A stretch of DNA of 64,000 nucleotides from the NCBI GenBank assembly GCA_001798135.1, contig MGRJ01000024.1, positions 152,514 through 216,513 on the forward strand, read 5' to 3'. Positions 25,958-36,428 of the stretch are shown in pieces. Origin of the DNA: Deltaproteobacteria bacterium RIFCSPHIGHO2_02_FULL_40_28 (GTDB lineage Bacteria; UBA10199; 2-12-FULL-40-28). The position numbers and the translations under genes were made by a program. How positions within the stretch are numbered: position 1 is the stretch's first letter; every line of letters begins with the position of its first letter. The notes under the pieces are model-generated. The model was given only the letters and a program-made list of their open reading frames with translations. It searched no databases and was not told where the DNA came from.

Positions 25958-28100
25958 GCAAATTTTTATTTAATTTTTCATAAACCCAATAATTAGACAA
26001 AACATTTTTAACATAATGATTTGTTTCTTCATAAGGAATCAATTCAATAAATTCATCATCTTCCAAATTTTTACTCCAAGATTTCCATCTGTTAATGGCC
26101 TCAGGGCCTGCGTTATAAGCTGCAAAAACATACGCTAGGCGTCTATCAAATTGATCCAAGAGTTTTTTAATATACCAGGAGCCAAAACGAATATTAATTG
26201 TTGGGCTTTCTAAATCTTCAGAATGAAATTGAAGCAGCCCTAAATCTTTTGCAATTTCTTCACCTGTTGATGGAATAATTTGCATGAGACCTATCGCATT
26301 AGCTTGTGAAGTAATTTGAGGTTGAAAGGAAGACTCCTGGCTCATAATAGCCCAAATCAAGTTTTCATTCATGTTAAAATAAGACGCAGCTTCATGGACC
26401 CAGGGATGATAGGCGATGGGATAGGCCAGGGACCAAGAGGGATGATTATAATTTCCTTTTTTAAGAGATGCTTGCCCAAAACTTTTGATCCTGTGAAAAT
26501 TAGAAGCCAGCATCCATAATTCAAGTTTTTCTTGTACAGATAAATCATGATCAGAAGAGCCAAGAGATTCTTGATAGGCATCAGAAAGCAGGCCTACTTG
26601 TGAGAGAGCAATAGAGCGGGCTAAATTTTCTGCAGGTAGAGCATATTTTGGATAATCTGTGCTAGATCTTTTATCGGGGATATCATTAATTACTTTGGCA
26701 TCAATTAAGGTTAATGGCAACAGCGTTTGAGTAGAAAGTTTTTGAGTAGCCAGCCACGAATAATATCCTTTTTTTTCTGAAATTAATTTTTGGTAAAAGC
26801 TTTTGGCTATTTCTGGATGTCCCTGTTTTTCATTGAGCCTGGCCCTCCAGTAACTAATCCAGTGAGGAGACATTTTTGTTTTTTCTAATTTTTCTAAATC
26901 GTCACTTGCCGGTTGAAAATCTCCTGTGAGATAGGCTGACCAAAAATGAAGGTGTAAATATTTTTGTTGTTCGGATCCGGATGATTTTAAAATTAATTCC
27001 ATGTAGGCTTCTTTTGCTTTCTGAAAGTTGCCAGAATCAAAATAAAGAAAGGCGATTTTAGACCGAGATGTTTTTGCAAAGGAAGAGTCTGGATCATTTT
27101 TTATAAATTTTGTGTGCCAATCAATGGCTTCTTCAAAACGGTTAGACCTAGCTAAACTTTTAAGAAGTTTATCTTTCAAAGTGATGGTTTGAGAGATGGC
27201 ATCAGAATGCCAAAGTTTTAAATAAAGTTCTGAAGCTTCTAGGTAACGTTTAGCCTTAAAGAAGCTTTCTGCTAATCTTAGTTCATCTTCGGGAGTATTT
27301 AGATATTTTGAGTAAAGGGGCAGGGCAAGGTAGGGTTTGCCTATCGTTACAAGCTGGTTGGCTCTTTGAAGCCATTCTTCCTTTGTTAGAAAGTCAGGGG
27401 GAATTTGATCACTTTTTAACAGAATAGAGAATAATTCTCTTTCATAAGGGCCGCCTGCATTTTCTACCAAGGTTTTGCGTATCAGTGTTGTAGCCAATGT
27501 GTGATCACCCTTTAAATCCGCAACCAAAATTTGATAGTAGTAAATTTTTTCGGATTCTTCTTTTTTGTCTTTAAACCTTTGGTCTAGTTTTTTGTTCACT
27601 TCATCCCAATTTTGAAGCTCAATGAAAGCCTTCACTTCCTCCCAAAAAATACGATGATCAACTAAGCGGTTAGAATTTTTAACTGGATATTCTTTCAGAA
27701 GATTTAATACTGCCAAGGGTTCTTGATTTTGATTGTAACTTTTCAGAAGCCAATAAATAAGATGGTCTTTCAAAATAAAATCTGGACTTAAAGCTTGTTT
27801 TAAATAAAAAATAGCTTCCTTTGGTTTATTGGCAAGACAATATTGTTTTCCGAGTAAGAAAAGAAGGAGGTTTCGGTTTTTCTGATAATTTTTTTCTTCT
27901 AGCATATGATGAATTTTTTCAATGGCTTTTTGATTTTGGCCTGAAGCAATCAGATCAAAAATTGCATCATATGCCTTGGGGTTTCGAAAGCAGAGATATT
28001 CTTCAGGTGAGAGAGCAAAAACTATACATGGAATAAAAAAGAAGATGCAAAGAAGAACGAAACGCATTAGGAACCCAACTCCTGTTTGGCTTCCTGCCAA
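25947..28100 (-). CDS. slt: soluble lytic murein transglycosylase (Slt70-like)
   Basis: Signal peptide, superhelical TPR-like N-domain, and a C-terminal SLT domain (ESSFQP...AIGLMQIIPSTG). Confidence 0.8.
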   Translation of the reverse strand: MAGSQTGVGFLMRFVLLCIFFFIPCIVFALSPEEYLCFRNPKAYDAIFDLIASGQNQKAIEKIHHMLEEKNYQKNRNLLLFLLGKQYCLANKPKEAIFYLKQALSPDFILKDHLIYWLLKSYNQNQEPLAVLNLLKEYPVKNSNRLVDHRIFWEEVKAFIELQNWDEVNKKLDQRFKDKKEESEKIYYYQILVADLKGDHTLATTLIRKTLVENAGGPYERELFSILLKSDQIPPDFLTKEEWLQRANQLVTIGKPYLALPLYSKYLNTPEDELRLAESFFKAKRYLEASELYLKLWHSDAISQTITLKDKLLKSLARSNRFEEAIDWHTKFIKNDPDSSFAKTSRSKIAFLYFDSGNFQKAKEAYMELILKSSGSEQQKYLHLHFWSAYLTGDFQPASDDLEKLEKTKMSPHWISYWRARLNEKQGHPEIAKSFYQKLISEKKGYYSWLATQKLSTQTLLPLTLIDAKVINDIPDKRSSTDYPKYALPAENLARSIALSQVGLLSDAYQESLGSSDHDLSVQEKLELWMLASNFHRIKSFGQASLKKGNYNHPSWSLAYPIAYHPWVHEAASYFNMNENLIWAIMSQESSFQPQITSQANAIGLMQIIPSTGEEIAKDLGLLQFHSEDLESPTINIRFGSWYIKKLLDQFDRRLAYVFAAYNAGPEAINRWKSWSKNLEDDEFIELIPYEETNHYVKNVLSNYWVYEKLNKNLHDK

Positions 28101-28900
28101 AATTTTTCAAGTTCATTTAATTTTAATTCCTTCATTTTTTTCCCCGTTTTTTGAACCTTATTTTCTAAAATCAAAAACCGTTTTCGAAACTTTTGATTAG
28201 AAATACTGAGGGCTAACTCGGGCTGGATTCCTAAGTGTCTTAAAAGATTACTGATTGAAAAAAGCAGATCTCCAGCTTCAGCTTCAATGTGTTCTTTTGA
28301 TTTTTTTTGGAGGGCCTCTTTAAACTCATTTATTTCTTCCTGGATTTTTTCCATAACGCCTGTGGTATCGGGCCAATCAAAACCTTCTTTAGCTGCTTTT
28401 TGAGATAACTCAAAAGATTGAAAAAGAGCGGGAGCACTTTTAGGAATAGAACTTAAAATACTCGTTTCTTTTCCTTGTTTTTTTTCATTTGCTTTAATTG
28501 CATCCCAGTTTTTAACAACATCTTTAGCAGTTTTGGCTTGTACACTGCCAAAAATATGGGGATGGCGTCTTACTAGTTTTTCACAAATTGTATCAATCAC
28601 TTGGTCAATATTAAATTTTTTTTCATCTTTTGCCAGTTGAGCATGGAAAACAACTTGTAAAATTAAATCACCTAGTTCTTCTTTTAGTTGTTCTGGATCT
28701 TGGGCATGAATGGCATCAATTACTTCGTAACTTTCTTCAATGAGATAACAAATAAGACTTTCGTGGGTTTGTTCTAAATCCCAAGGGCATCCAGAAGGAC
28801 CACGAAGCCTGGACATAATTTCAACTAAGCGATCAAAGGGTTTTTGTATATTTTGCATATCATGAGCCACCCACCGGATTCGAACCGGTGACCTACTCAT
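28067..28900 (-). CDS. mazG: nucleoside triphosphate pyrophosphohydrolase MazG
   Basis: RLRGPSGCPWDLEQTHESL plus a second EExxE MazG repeat. Confidence 0.85.
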   Translation of the reverse strand: MSRSPVRIRWVAHDMQNIQKPFDRLVEIMSRLRGPSGCPWDLEQTHESLICYLIEESYEVIDAIHAQDPEQLKEELGDLILQVVFHAQLAKDEKKFNIDQVIDTICEKLVRRHPHIFGSVQAKTAKDVVKNWDAIKANEKKQGKETSILSSIPKSAPALFQSFELSQKAAKEGFDWPDTTGVMEKIQEEINEFKEALQKKSKEHIEAEAGDLLFSISNLLRHLGIQPELALSISNQKFRKRFLILENKVQKTGKKMKELKLNELEKFWQEAKQELGS

Positions 28901-28937
28901 TACGAATGAGTTGCTCTACCAACTGAGCTAGGGTGGC
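28865..28937 (-). tRNA. tRNA-Thr (anticodon CGU)
   Basis: Minus-strand cloverleaf: acceptor gccaccc/gggtggc, anticodon stem actca/tgagt with loop ttCGTaa, T-arm accgg-ttcgaat-ccggt. Confidence 0.85.
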
Positions 28938-28940
28938 GAA

Positions 28941-29063
28941 GCGCTGTTGAAAAATGCCCATCTACTTCGTTAAACAAAAAATTGAATCGCTCAACGTACA
29001 TTTAAGTACGCCTCTCGATTCGATTTTTTGTTTGCCTTGTATCTGGACATTTTTGAACAGCGC
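28941..29063. repeat. ~120-bp imperfect nested palindrome directly upstream of tRNA-Thr
   Basis: Outer arms gcgctgttgaaaaatgcc and ggacatttttgaacagcgc. Inner arms aaacaaaaaattgaatcg and cgattcgattttttgttt (one mismatch each). Confidence 0.5.
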
Positions 29064-29111
29064 TTTGAGACATAGTTTATTAATAATCATTACATTTCTG
29101 AGGGGGTTCCG

Positions 29112-29531
29112 TCAATTTCCATCATTGGGGGGGATGGAGTTTAATGCATTTAGAAGATGTTCTGCTGTTTCTTGATTCATGTTTGAAAGTCGATTTTTTG
29201 TTTCTTCTACTTGGGCTACATCTAAAGTTTGAACAACATTCCCGATAATGTGAACTTTTTCAAACCATACCGATTGAGAGCTTCCCGCTTCATCATAAAA
29301 AACACCTAAATCGTATATTCCTTCAAACAATTCTGTTTTTTTGCCAGTATAATTCCAAGATGAAAATCGAACGGGATTTCTTACTCCCGGCTTATAGAGC
29401 CCCCACCAGGCATTGGCAGAGGCAGGCAGACCACTATTGAGAATGGTAAAAGTAACAGTAGCAGAATGGCTTTGTTCTTCTCCAAAGGCATTTGAAGTGA
29501 TAAGGGTTAACAGTAAAAGAATTGTTTTCAT
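29112..29531 (-). CDS. small secreted hypothetical protein
   Basis: 139-aa ORF with signal peptide MKTILLLLTLITSNAFG. Confidence 0.45.
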   Translation of the reverse strand: MKTILLLLTLITSNAFGEEQSHSATVTFTILNSGLPASANAWWGLYKPGVRNPVRFSSWNYTGKKTELFEGIYDLGVFYDEAGSSQSVWFEKVHIIGNVVQTLDVAQVEETKNRLSNMNQETAEHLLNALNSIPPNDGN

Positions 29532-29557
29532 CAGAATCTTCCTTTAAGATAGTTCAA

Positions 29558-32059
29558 ATGAAAAGGGAAAAGAAAAATAAGCCCTATATTAATACTATTC
29601 CGGTAAAAAATGAGGTTAAATATCCAGGAGACATGGGGATCGAATGGAGGATTCGTAGCCTGATTCGCTGGAATGCCATGGCTATGGTGGTAAGGGCCAA
29701 TCGGGAAGATGCAGGAATTGGAGGGCATATTTCCACTTATGCTTCTGCTGCAACCCTTTTTGAGGTGGCTTTCAATCATTTTTTAAGAGGGCGGGAGTGT
29801 CATGAAAATCGTGATTTAGTTTATTTTCAAGGTCATGCCTCACCTGGCATTTATGCAAGGGCTTTTTTAGAGGGCAGGCTTACCCGTCATCATTTAGAAA
29901 ACTTTCGTCATGAAACAACCGGATCTGGGCTTTCTTCTTACCCACATCCCTGGCTGATGCCGCACTTTTGGGAGTTTCCTACTGTTTCTATGGGGCTGTC
30001 TCCCTTGATGGCTATTTATCAGGCCCGGTTTAATCGTTACCTCATTGATCGAGGAATATTAAAAGCCAATACAGGAAAAGTGTGGGTTTTTATGGGGGAT
30101 GGAGAAGTTGATGAGCCCGAATCTCTTGGAGCTTTAACGCTAGCAAGTAGAGAAAATTTAGATAATCTTATTTTTGTCATTAATTGTAATTTGCAGCGTC
30201 TCGATGGCCCTGTGCGTGGTAATGGAAAAATCATTCAAGAATTGGAGTCTATTTTTTTGGGCGCGGGCTGGAATGTGATCAAAGTAATTTGGGGTTCTGA
30301 TTGGGATCCTCTTTTGGCAAAAGATAAGGATGGATTGTTAAAAGACAGAATGCAGGAAGTGTGTGATGGACAATATCAAAAATACAGTACTTCCAAGGGG
30401 GATTATATTCGTGAACATTTTTTTGGAGTGAATAAGCGCTTAAAAAAAATGGTAGATCATTTAAGTGATGAGGATTTAAAAAAATTAAAAAGAGGAGGGC
30501 ACGATTCCACAAAAATCTATCAGGCTTATCTTGCTGCAACCAAGCATCAGGGATCTCCCATTGTTATTTTGGCTAAAACCATTAAAGGATATGGCTTGGG
30601 TGAAAGCGGAGAAGGAAAAAATATTACACATCAACAAAAAAAATTAAACGAGGATGAATTAAGAGATTTTAGAACCCGGTTTGCTATTCCTATTACCGAT
30701 GATGAAGTGGCGTTGGCTCCCTTTTTTAGTCCTCTTGAAACAAGTCCTGAAATTATTTATCTAAAAGAAAGAAGAAAAATTTTGGGTGGTTTTATGCCAT
30801 TACGTTCTTCCTCGGCTTCTTCTCTTAAAATGTCTCATAGAGATTTATATAATGAATTTTATGAAGGAACAAAGGATCGATCTGTTTCTACAACCATGGC
30901 TTTTGTAAGGATTTTATCTAAATTACTTAAACAAAAATGGGGAAATCATCTTGTGCCTATTATTCCCGATGAAGCCAGAACTTTTGGGATGGAATCTCTT
31001 TTCCGTCAATGTGGTATTTATTCTAGTCGTGGACAAATTTATGAACCCGTTGATAAAGAAAATTTGCTCTATTATCGCGAATCTCGTGATGGACAAATTT
31101 TGGAAGAAGGAATTAATGAAGCAGGGGGGCTTTGTTCTTTTATAGCTGCAGGTACTTCTTATGCTGCTCATGGCCTTCCCATGATTCCTTTTTTTATTTT
31201 TTATTCCATGTTTGGTTTTCAGAGAGTGGGTGATCTGATCTGGGCTGCGGCTGATATGCGCACAAGGGGGTTTTTAGTTGGGGCTACTTCTGGTCGTACT
31301 ACTTTAGCAGGAGAAGGGCTTCAGCATCAGGATGGTCAAAGCCATATTCTTGCTTTATCTGTTCCTAATCTTCTGTGCTACGATCCTGCCTATGCCTATG
31401 AGCTGGCTATTATTATTGAAGATGGTTTAAAAAGAATGGAAGCAGGTGAAGATATTTTTTATTACTTAACGGTTACCAATGAAAACTATGTCATGCTCCC
31501 TATGCCAGAAGGCGTGAGAGAGGGAATTATCAAGGGAATTTATCCCTTGTCTAAAAAGGATATTCCTGATTCTCCTAAGGCTGATATTTTAGCCAGCGGA
31601 GCCTTGGTGCCTTTAGCCTTAAAGGCGCAAGAGATTTTATTAGATTTAGGTATTTCTTCTTGTGTGTTTTCAGTAACAAGTTATAAATCTCTTTATAGGC
31701 AGGCCTGTGAGGTTGATCGAGTAGAGAGGCTTGGCTCTCATAAGGAAATTCCTTATTTTTGTACTCAATTATCCAGCAACTCTTTGGTGGTTGTAGCTGT
31801 TTCAGATTATTTAAAAGCTCTCCCGCTTGCTTTAGGAAAATGGATGAATAAACCTTATTTTGTTTTAGGTACCGATGGTTTTGGTCGTAGCGGAAGTAGA
31901 GAAGAGCTTCGTGATTTTTTTGAGGTTGATGAAAATTCCATTGTTCTTTCTATTTTAAGAGAGTTGGTGCATCAGAAAAAAATAGATGAGAAAAAACTTG
32001 ATCAGTTTATACTAAAATATAAAATTAATTTAAGTAAGCCAAACCCTATACAAAGATAA
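29558..32059 (+). CDS. aceE: pyruvate dehydrogenase E1 component (homodimeric AceE type)
   Basis: Collinear with E. coli AceE from YINTIP through WNAMA, FQGH(A/I)SPG, GDGE and the C-terminal domain. Start taken at ATG 29558 to avoid overlapping the upstream gene. Confidence 0.9.
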   Translation: MKREKKNKPYINTIPVKNEVKYPGDMGIEWRIRSLIRWNAMAMVVRANREDAGIGGHISTYASAATLFEVAFNHFLRGRECHENRDLVYFQGHASPGIYARAFLEGRLTRHHLENFRHETTGSGLSSYPHPWLMPHFWEFPTVSMGLSPLMAIYQARFNRYLIDRGILKANTGKVWVFMGDGEVDEPESLGALTLASRENLDNLIFVINCNLQRLDGPVRGNGKIIQELESIFLGAGWNVIKVIWGSDWDPLLAKDKDGLLKDRMQEVCDGQYQKYSTSKGDYIREHFFGVNKRLKKMVDHLSDEDLKKLKRGGHDSTKIYQAYLAATKHQGSPIVILAKTIKGYGLGESGEGKNITHQQKKLNEDELRDFRTRFAIPITDDEVALAPFFSPLETSPEIIYLKERRKILGGFMPLRSSSASSLKMSHRDLYNEFYEGTKDRSVSTTMAFVRILSKLLKQKWGNHLVPIIPDEARTFGMESLFRQCGIYSSRGQIYEPVDKENLLYYRESRDGQILEEGINEAGGLCSFIAAGTSYAAHGLPMIPFFIFYSMFGFQRVGDLIWAAADMRTRGFLVGATSGRTTLAGEGLQHQDGQSHILALSVPNLLCYDPAYAYELAIIIEDGLKRMEAGEDIFYYLTVTNENYVMLPMPEGVREGIIKGIYPLSKKDIPDSPKADILASGALVPLALKAQEILLDLGISSCVFSVTSYKSLYRQACEVDRVERLGSHKEIPYFCTQLSSNSLVVVAVSDYLKALPLALGKWMNKPYFVLGTDGFGRSGSREELRDFFEVDENSIVLSILRELVHQKKIDEKKLDQFILKYKINLSKPNPIQR

Positions 32060-33114
32060 TGATAGAAATTAAACTTCCCATATTGGGAGAAAATATAATC
32101 CAGGGTGAAGTGGTTAAGGTTTTTGTTTCACCAGGAGATAAAATCTCAAAGGGACAAAGTATTATTGAATTAGAAACTGATAAGGCTGTAATAGAAATCC
32201 CTGCCAGTGAAGAGGGGATTGTTTCTTCTGTGCTTGCTCATGAAAGTCAAGTGATTCGTGTGGGAGATCCCATTTTAATTCTAGGAGAATCATCGGTGCG
32301 TGGTACAAAAAATGAGTTGCCTCTTCAAAAAAAATCATCCTCGGTTTTACCTCAAGCCATCAGTAAGATGGGACCAGCAGCCAGACGTTTAGAACAATTA
32401 AAACAAACGCTCCCTTTGTCAGCGCAAGATTTTGAAAAGCATGGCCCTGTTGAAAAACAAAAATTTTCAAAACTCAGAAGAGTTATTTCTGAAAGAACAT
32501 CCTTATCTTGGAAAATCATTCCACATGTTACCCAATGCGAGGATGCTTCACTGACAGAGTTGGTGAAGTTAAAGAAAAAATTAAAGGTTACCCTTACTCC
32601 TCTTATCATTAAATTATTAGTGAAAGCTCTTCAAGAAGAACCACGGTTTAATTCAAGTTTGATTGAGGAAGAACAAATCCTGATTCTTAAAAAATACTTT
32701 CATATAGGCGTGGCCATAGATACCCCAGAAGGTCTTATTGTGCCTGTTATTCGTGATGGTGATAAAAAAACAGTGAAACAAATTAATTCGGAGCTTATCG
32801 ATTTATCTCATCGTGCTCAAAAGAGAACACTTGAGTTATCTGAGTTAGAGGGTTCTTCTTTCTCTTTAAGTAATTTAGGGCCCATTGGAGGCACTTATTT
32901 TACTCCCTTGGTTCGCACTCCAGAAGTAGCAGTGTTGGGCTTGGGTAAGGCACATGAAAAATTGGTAAAAAGGCGGAGCAAAATAATAACCGACTTGATT
33001 TTACCACTTTCACTTTCATATGATCATCGGGTTATTGATGGAGCTGATGCGGCCAGGTTTTTAATAAAAATAAAAAATTCAATTGAAAATCCAAATGGTT
33101 ATTCAAAAAAATAA
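32059..33114 (+). CDS. aceF: dihydrolipoyllysine-residue acetyltransferase E2 (single lipoyl domain)
   Basis: Lipoyl site ETDKAV, a subunit-binding domain, and the catalytic DHRVIDGA. Confidence 0.85.
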   Translation: MIEIKLPILGENIIQGEVVKVFVSPGDKISKGQSIIELETDKAVIEIPASEEGIVSSVLAHESQVIRVGDPILILGESSVRGTKNELPLQKKSSSVLPQAISKMGPAARRLEQLKQTLPLSAQDFEKHGPVEKQKFSKLRRVISERTSLSWKIIPHVTQCEDASLTELVKLKKKLKVTLTPLIIKLLVKALQEEPRFNSSLIEEEQILILKKYFHIGVAIDTPEGLIVPVIRDGDKKTVKQINSELIDLSHRAQKRTLELSELEGSSFSLSNLGPIGGTYFTPLVRTPEVAVLGLGKAHEKLVKRRSKIITDLILPLSLSYDHRVIDGADAARFLIKIKNSIENPNGYSKK

Positions 33115-34513
33115 AACCCAACTTGCAGTGCTTGGTGCTGGGCCTGGTGGCTACCACTCAGCTTTTCGTGCTGCTGATGCTGGGTTTGAAGTAACCCTGA
33201 TTGATACAAACAGGGCTCTAGGAGGGGCTTGTTTGCATGTAGGGTGTATTCCTTCTAAAACCCTTCTTCATTTAAGTGAACTTTTAGATGAAAAAAATTA
33301 TTTAACAGAATGTGGTATTGATTTAGGGGAACCAAAAATTAATTTATCGAGGTTGAGAGAATATAAAAACAAAGTGATTAGCCAATTATCTAAAGGTCTT
33401 TCACAATTGGCCTCTAAAAGAAAAGTTCGTTTTTACTCTGGCCGAGGAAGTTTTTTAGATGCTCATACTTTAAGATTAAATGATGAAAATGGAGGTGAAG
33501 AGCATTTAAGCTTTGATTATGCCGTTGTTGCTACGGGTTCTAGGCCCTTTATTCCAGAAGCCTGGCATTTTGAGTCTCCTTTTTTAATGAATTCTTCTCG
33601 TGCTCTTGATTTAGAAGATGTTCCTCAAAAATTTTTAGTGATAGGTGGTGGTTATATTGGTTTGGAAATAGGAAGTGTTTATGCAGCATTGGGGAGCCAG
33701 GTTACTTTAGTAGAACAGCTTCCAACTCTTTTATCTCAAACAGATCCTGATTTAGTTGCTCCTTTAAGAAAAAAAATGGAGAAAAAATTTTCTGCTTTGT
33801 ATTTGTCTTCGAGAATTTTAAGTTTGAATGAAATAGAGGGTGAAATTAAAGTTAAAATAGAAACTCTTCAAGGGTTAAAAGAAGAAATTTTTAATAAGGT
33901 GCTTATTGCTGTTGGCAGAATTCCAAATTCTAGCGGGCTTAATCTTTCTGCAACTCAAGTTAAACTTGATAAACAAGGTTTTATTGTAGTGGATCCCCAC
34001 CAAAAAACCGAAGAGCCCCATATTTTTGCCATTGGTGATATTTGTCCTGGCCCCATGCTGGCTCACAAAGCGAGTTACGAAGCCAGAATTGTAGTGGATA
34101 ATTTAAAAGGGAATCCAGCACGTTTTGATGCAAAGGCAATCCCATGTGTTGTTTATACCAATCCTCAAATTGCCTGGTGCGGACTTACTGAAAACGAAGC
34201 TAAAAAATTAGGACAAGAAGTGAGGGTATTAACCTTTCCTTGGATTGCTTTGGGTGCTGCAGTGAGCAGAGGAAAAACTAATGGATTGACCAAAATTATT
34301 GTAGATCCAAAAAACGGACAGGTAAAAGGTGCTGGCATTACAGGACATGGGGCTGGTGATTTAATTGCAGAAATGGTCTTAGCGATTGAAATGGGGGCTA
34401 CTGCAACTGATTTGGCTATGGCCATCCATCCGCATCCTAGTTTGTCTGAAAGTATTATGGAAGCTAGTGAACTCTATGAAGGTGGTAGTGTCCACCTTTT
34501 TAAGCAGCGTTGA
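33095..34513 (+). CDS. lpdA: dihydrolipoyl dehydrogenase E3
   Basis: GAGPGGY FAD motif, redox disulfide GGACLHVGCIPSK, and C-terminal HPHPSLSE. Confidence 0.9.
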   Translation: MVIQKNKTQLAVLGAGPGGYHSAFRAADAGFEVTLIDTNRALGGACLHVGCIPSKTLLHLSELLDEKNYLTECGIDLGEPKINLSRLREYKNKVISQLSKGLSQLASKRKVRFYSGRGSFLDAHTLRLNDENGGEEHLSFDYAVVATGSRPFIPEAWHFESPFLMNSSRALDLEDVPQKFLVIGGGYIGLEIGSVYAALGSQVTLVEQLPTLLSQTDPDLVAPLRKKMEKKFSALYLSSRILSLNEIEGEIKVKIETLQGLKEEIFNKVLIAVGRIPNSSGLNLSATQVKLDKQGFIVVDPHQKTEEPHIFAIGDICPGPMLAHKASYEARIVVDNLKGNPARFDAKAIPCVVYTNPQIAWCGLTENEAKKLGQEVRVLTFPWIALGAAVSRGKTNGLTKIIVDPKNGQVKGAGITGHGAGDLIAEMVLAIEMGATATDLAMAIHPHPSLSESIMEASELYEGGSVHLFKQR

Positions 34514-34520
34514 AAAATGA

Positions 34521-34718
34521 TTATTCTGCTTTTTTCTTGATCATGCGCACTTTGCTATCTGCAATCTCACGAAGCGATTCAACCACATTTTTGTTTTTGC
34601 TACCCACTAAACGTTTGGCGCCTTTTTCTAATTGTCTCACTCTTTTTGCAGTCATATGAACCAAAGTAAAACGATTACCTATATGCTCTAAACAATCCTC
34701 AACAGTAACACGTGCCAT
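34521..34718 (-). CDS. rpoZ: DNA-directed RNA polymerase omega subunit
   Basis: 65-aa [30 protein letters not shown] matches the RpoZ N-terminus. Confidence 0.75.
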   Translation of the reverse strand: MARVTVEDCLEHIGNRFTLVHMTAKRVRQLEKGAKRLVGSKNKNVVESLREIADSKVRMIKKKAE

Positions 34719-34746
34719 AAATCCTCCAAAATTCTTAAATAAGATA

Positions 34747-34774
34747 TTGAATTTTATGTATTTTTTTATAAAAT
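34747..34774 (+). promoter_or_regulatory. candidate sigma70-type promoter for nadE (-35 TTGAAT, 16-bp spacer, -10 TAAAAT)
   Basis: ttgaat at 34747-34752 and taaaat at 34769-34774, about 23 nt upstream of the nadE ATG with SD aaggag in between. Sequence match only. Confidence 0.3.
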
Positions 34775-34796
34775 AAACCTTTCGTCAAGGAGAAAA

Positions 34797-36428
34797 ATGA
34801 AGATTGCTTTGGTTCAAATGAATTGTATTGTTGGAGATCTGGATGGAAATGCTCGAAAAATTCTTAAATTTTACAATAAAGCCAAGGCTTTAGGAGCAAC
34901 ACTGGTTTGTTTTCCTGAAATGGTTTTGGTGGGGTATCCTCCTCGGGATCTCTTGGATTTACCCTATTTTATTTCTGAAATAGAAACTTTTACAGAAGAG
35001 ATTGCAAAAAAAACAGACGAGGTATCCTTAATTTTTGGAAGTATAGCAAAAAATGCACAGGGTGTGGGAGCGCCTCTTTATAACCAGGCTGTATGGTGTG
35101 AGAGAGGCAAAATAATAACCCGTATTTCTAAGAGATTACTTCCGAGTTATGACGTGTTTGATGAAACCCGTTATTTTGAACCAGGTAGTTTTGTTCCTCC
35201 AATTGAATTCTGTGGAAAAAAAATAGGACTCACCATTTGTGAAGATATTTGGAATACATCTGAAATCAAGTCTCATCGTTTGTATGCGGTGGATCCTGTA
35301 GAAGAATTAAAGCGTGCCGGGGCAGATCTTATTTTAAATTTATCAGCTTCCCCTTATTCCAAAAGAAAAATTCATCACCGTATTCAACTGCTGCAAAGAT
35401 GTGCTAAAAAAAATGCGGTTGATTTACTTTATGTGAATCAAGTTGGAGGCAACGACGAACTTATCTTTGATGGTGGATCCATGTTTGTTTCAAGTACTGG
35501 CAAACTTTTAACTCTCTCGCCTTTTTTTAAGGAGAATATAACGCTGGTTGATACAGAAGAAAAAGAAGGATCTTCTTTAGCCCCTCTTGATGAGGTAGCT
35601 CTAACCTATGAGGCTCTTGTTTTGGGGCTTAAAGATTATGTAAAAAAATGTGGATTTAAGAAAGTGGTCTTAGGTTTATCAGGAGGTGTTGATTCAGCTT
35701 TGGTTGCAGCTCTTGCAGTGAAAGCTCTTGGGCCTAAAAATGTTATCGGCATTTTAATGTCTTCCCGTTATACAAGCAGGGAAAGTATTCGGGATGCTGT
35801 AGCTCTAGCTCAGAATTTAAAAATAAAAACAAAAACCATTTCCATCGATAAAATTCATCGTTCTTTTGAAGCTGGTTTTATCAAACTGTTTGGAAAGAAA
35901 AAGGCCAACACTACCGAAGAAAATATTCAAGCTCGTATTCGTGGAAATCTTTTAATGGCTCTTTCTAATAAAGAGGGGCATATGGTTTTAACTACTGGGA
36001 ATAAATCGGAGTTAGCTGTTGGTTATTCAACTCTCTATGGTGATATGGCAGGCGGGCTGGCTGTTATTTCAGATTTATATAAAGGTCAAGTTTATGAATT
36101 ATGTCGGTGCATCAACCGCAAAAAAAATATCATCCCAGAGAATATTTTAACCAAAGCTCCTACAGCAGAACTTAAACCCAATCAAAAAGATCAAGATACT
36201 CTTCCTCCTTATGATCAACTGGATGGAATTTTAAAATTAGCTATTGAGGATGGGTTGGGTGTTGATGAAATTATTAAAAAGAATTTTCCTCGTGCTGTGG
36301 TTATAAAAGTTTTAAATATGATTAAGAGAAGTGAATACAAACGCCGCCAATTAGGGCCTGGTCTTAAAGTTTCAGGCAAAGCCTTTGGCATGGGCAGGCG
36401 TTTTCCCATTGCTTCTAAGTATAAGTAA
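34797..36428 (+). CDS. nadE: glutamine-dependent NAD+ synthetase
   Basis: N-terminal CN-hydrolase domain (catalytic C in LTICEDIW) and a C-terminal NAD synthetase PP-loop, GLSGGVDSA. Confidence 0.9.
   Translation: MKIALVQMNCIVGDLDGNARKILKFYNKAKALGATLVCFPEMVLVGYPPRDLLDLPYFISEIETFTEEIAKKTDEVSLIFGSIAKNAQGVGAPLYNQAVWCERGKIITRISKRLLPSYDVFDETRYFEPGSFVPPIEFCGKKIGLTICEDIWNTSEIKSHRLYAVDPVEELKRAGADLILNLSASPYSKRKIHHRIQLLQRCAKKNAVDLLYVNQVGGNDELIFDGGSMFVSSTGKLLTLSPFFKENITLVDTEEKEGSSLAPLDEVALTYEALVLGLKDYVKKCGFKKVVLGLSGGVDSALVAALAVKALGPKNVIGILMSSRYTSRESIRDAVALAQNLKIKTKTISIDKIHRSFEAGFIKLFGKKKANTTEENIQARIRGNLLMALSNKEGHMVLTTGNKSELAVGYSTLYGDMAGGLAVISDLYKGQVYELCRCINRKKNIIPENILTKAPTAELKPNQKDQDTLPPYDQLDGILKLAIEDGLGVDEIIKKNFPRAVVIKVLNMIKRSEYKRRQLGPGLKVSGKAFGMGRRFPIASKYK

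Noticed and set aside
28954-29175. 73-aa plus-strand ORF
   Set aside because: It lies over the long palindrome and the 3' end of the convergent secreted-protein gene and has no coding features.
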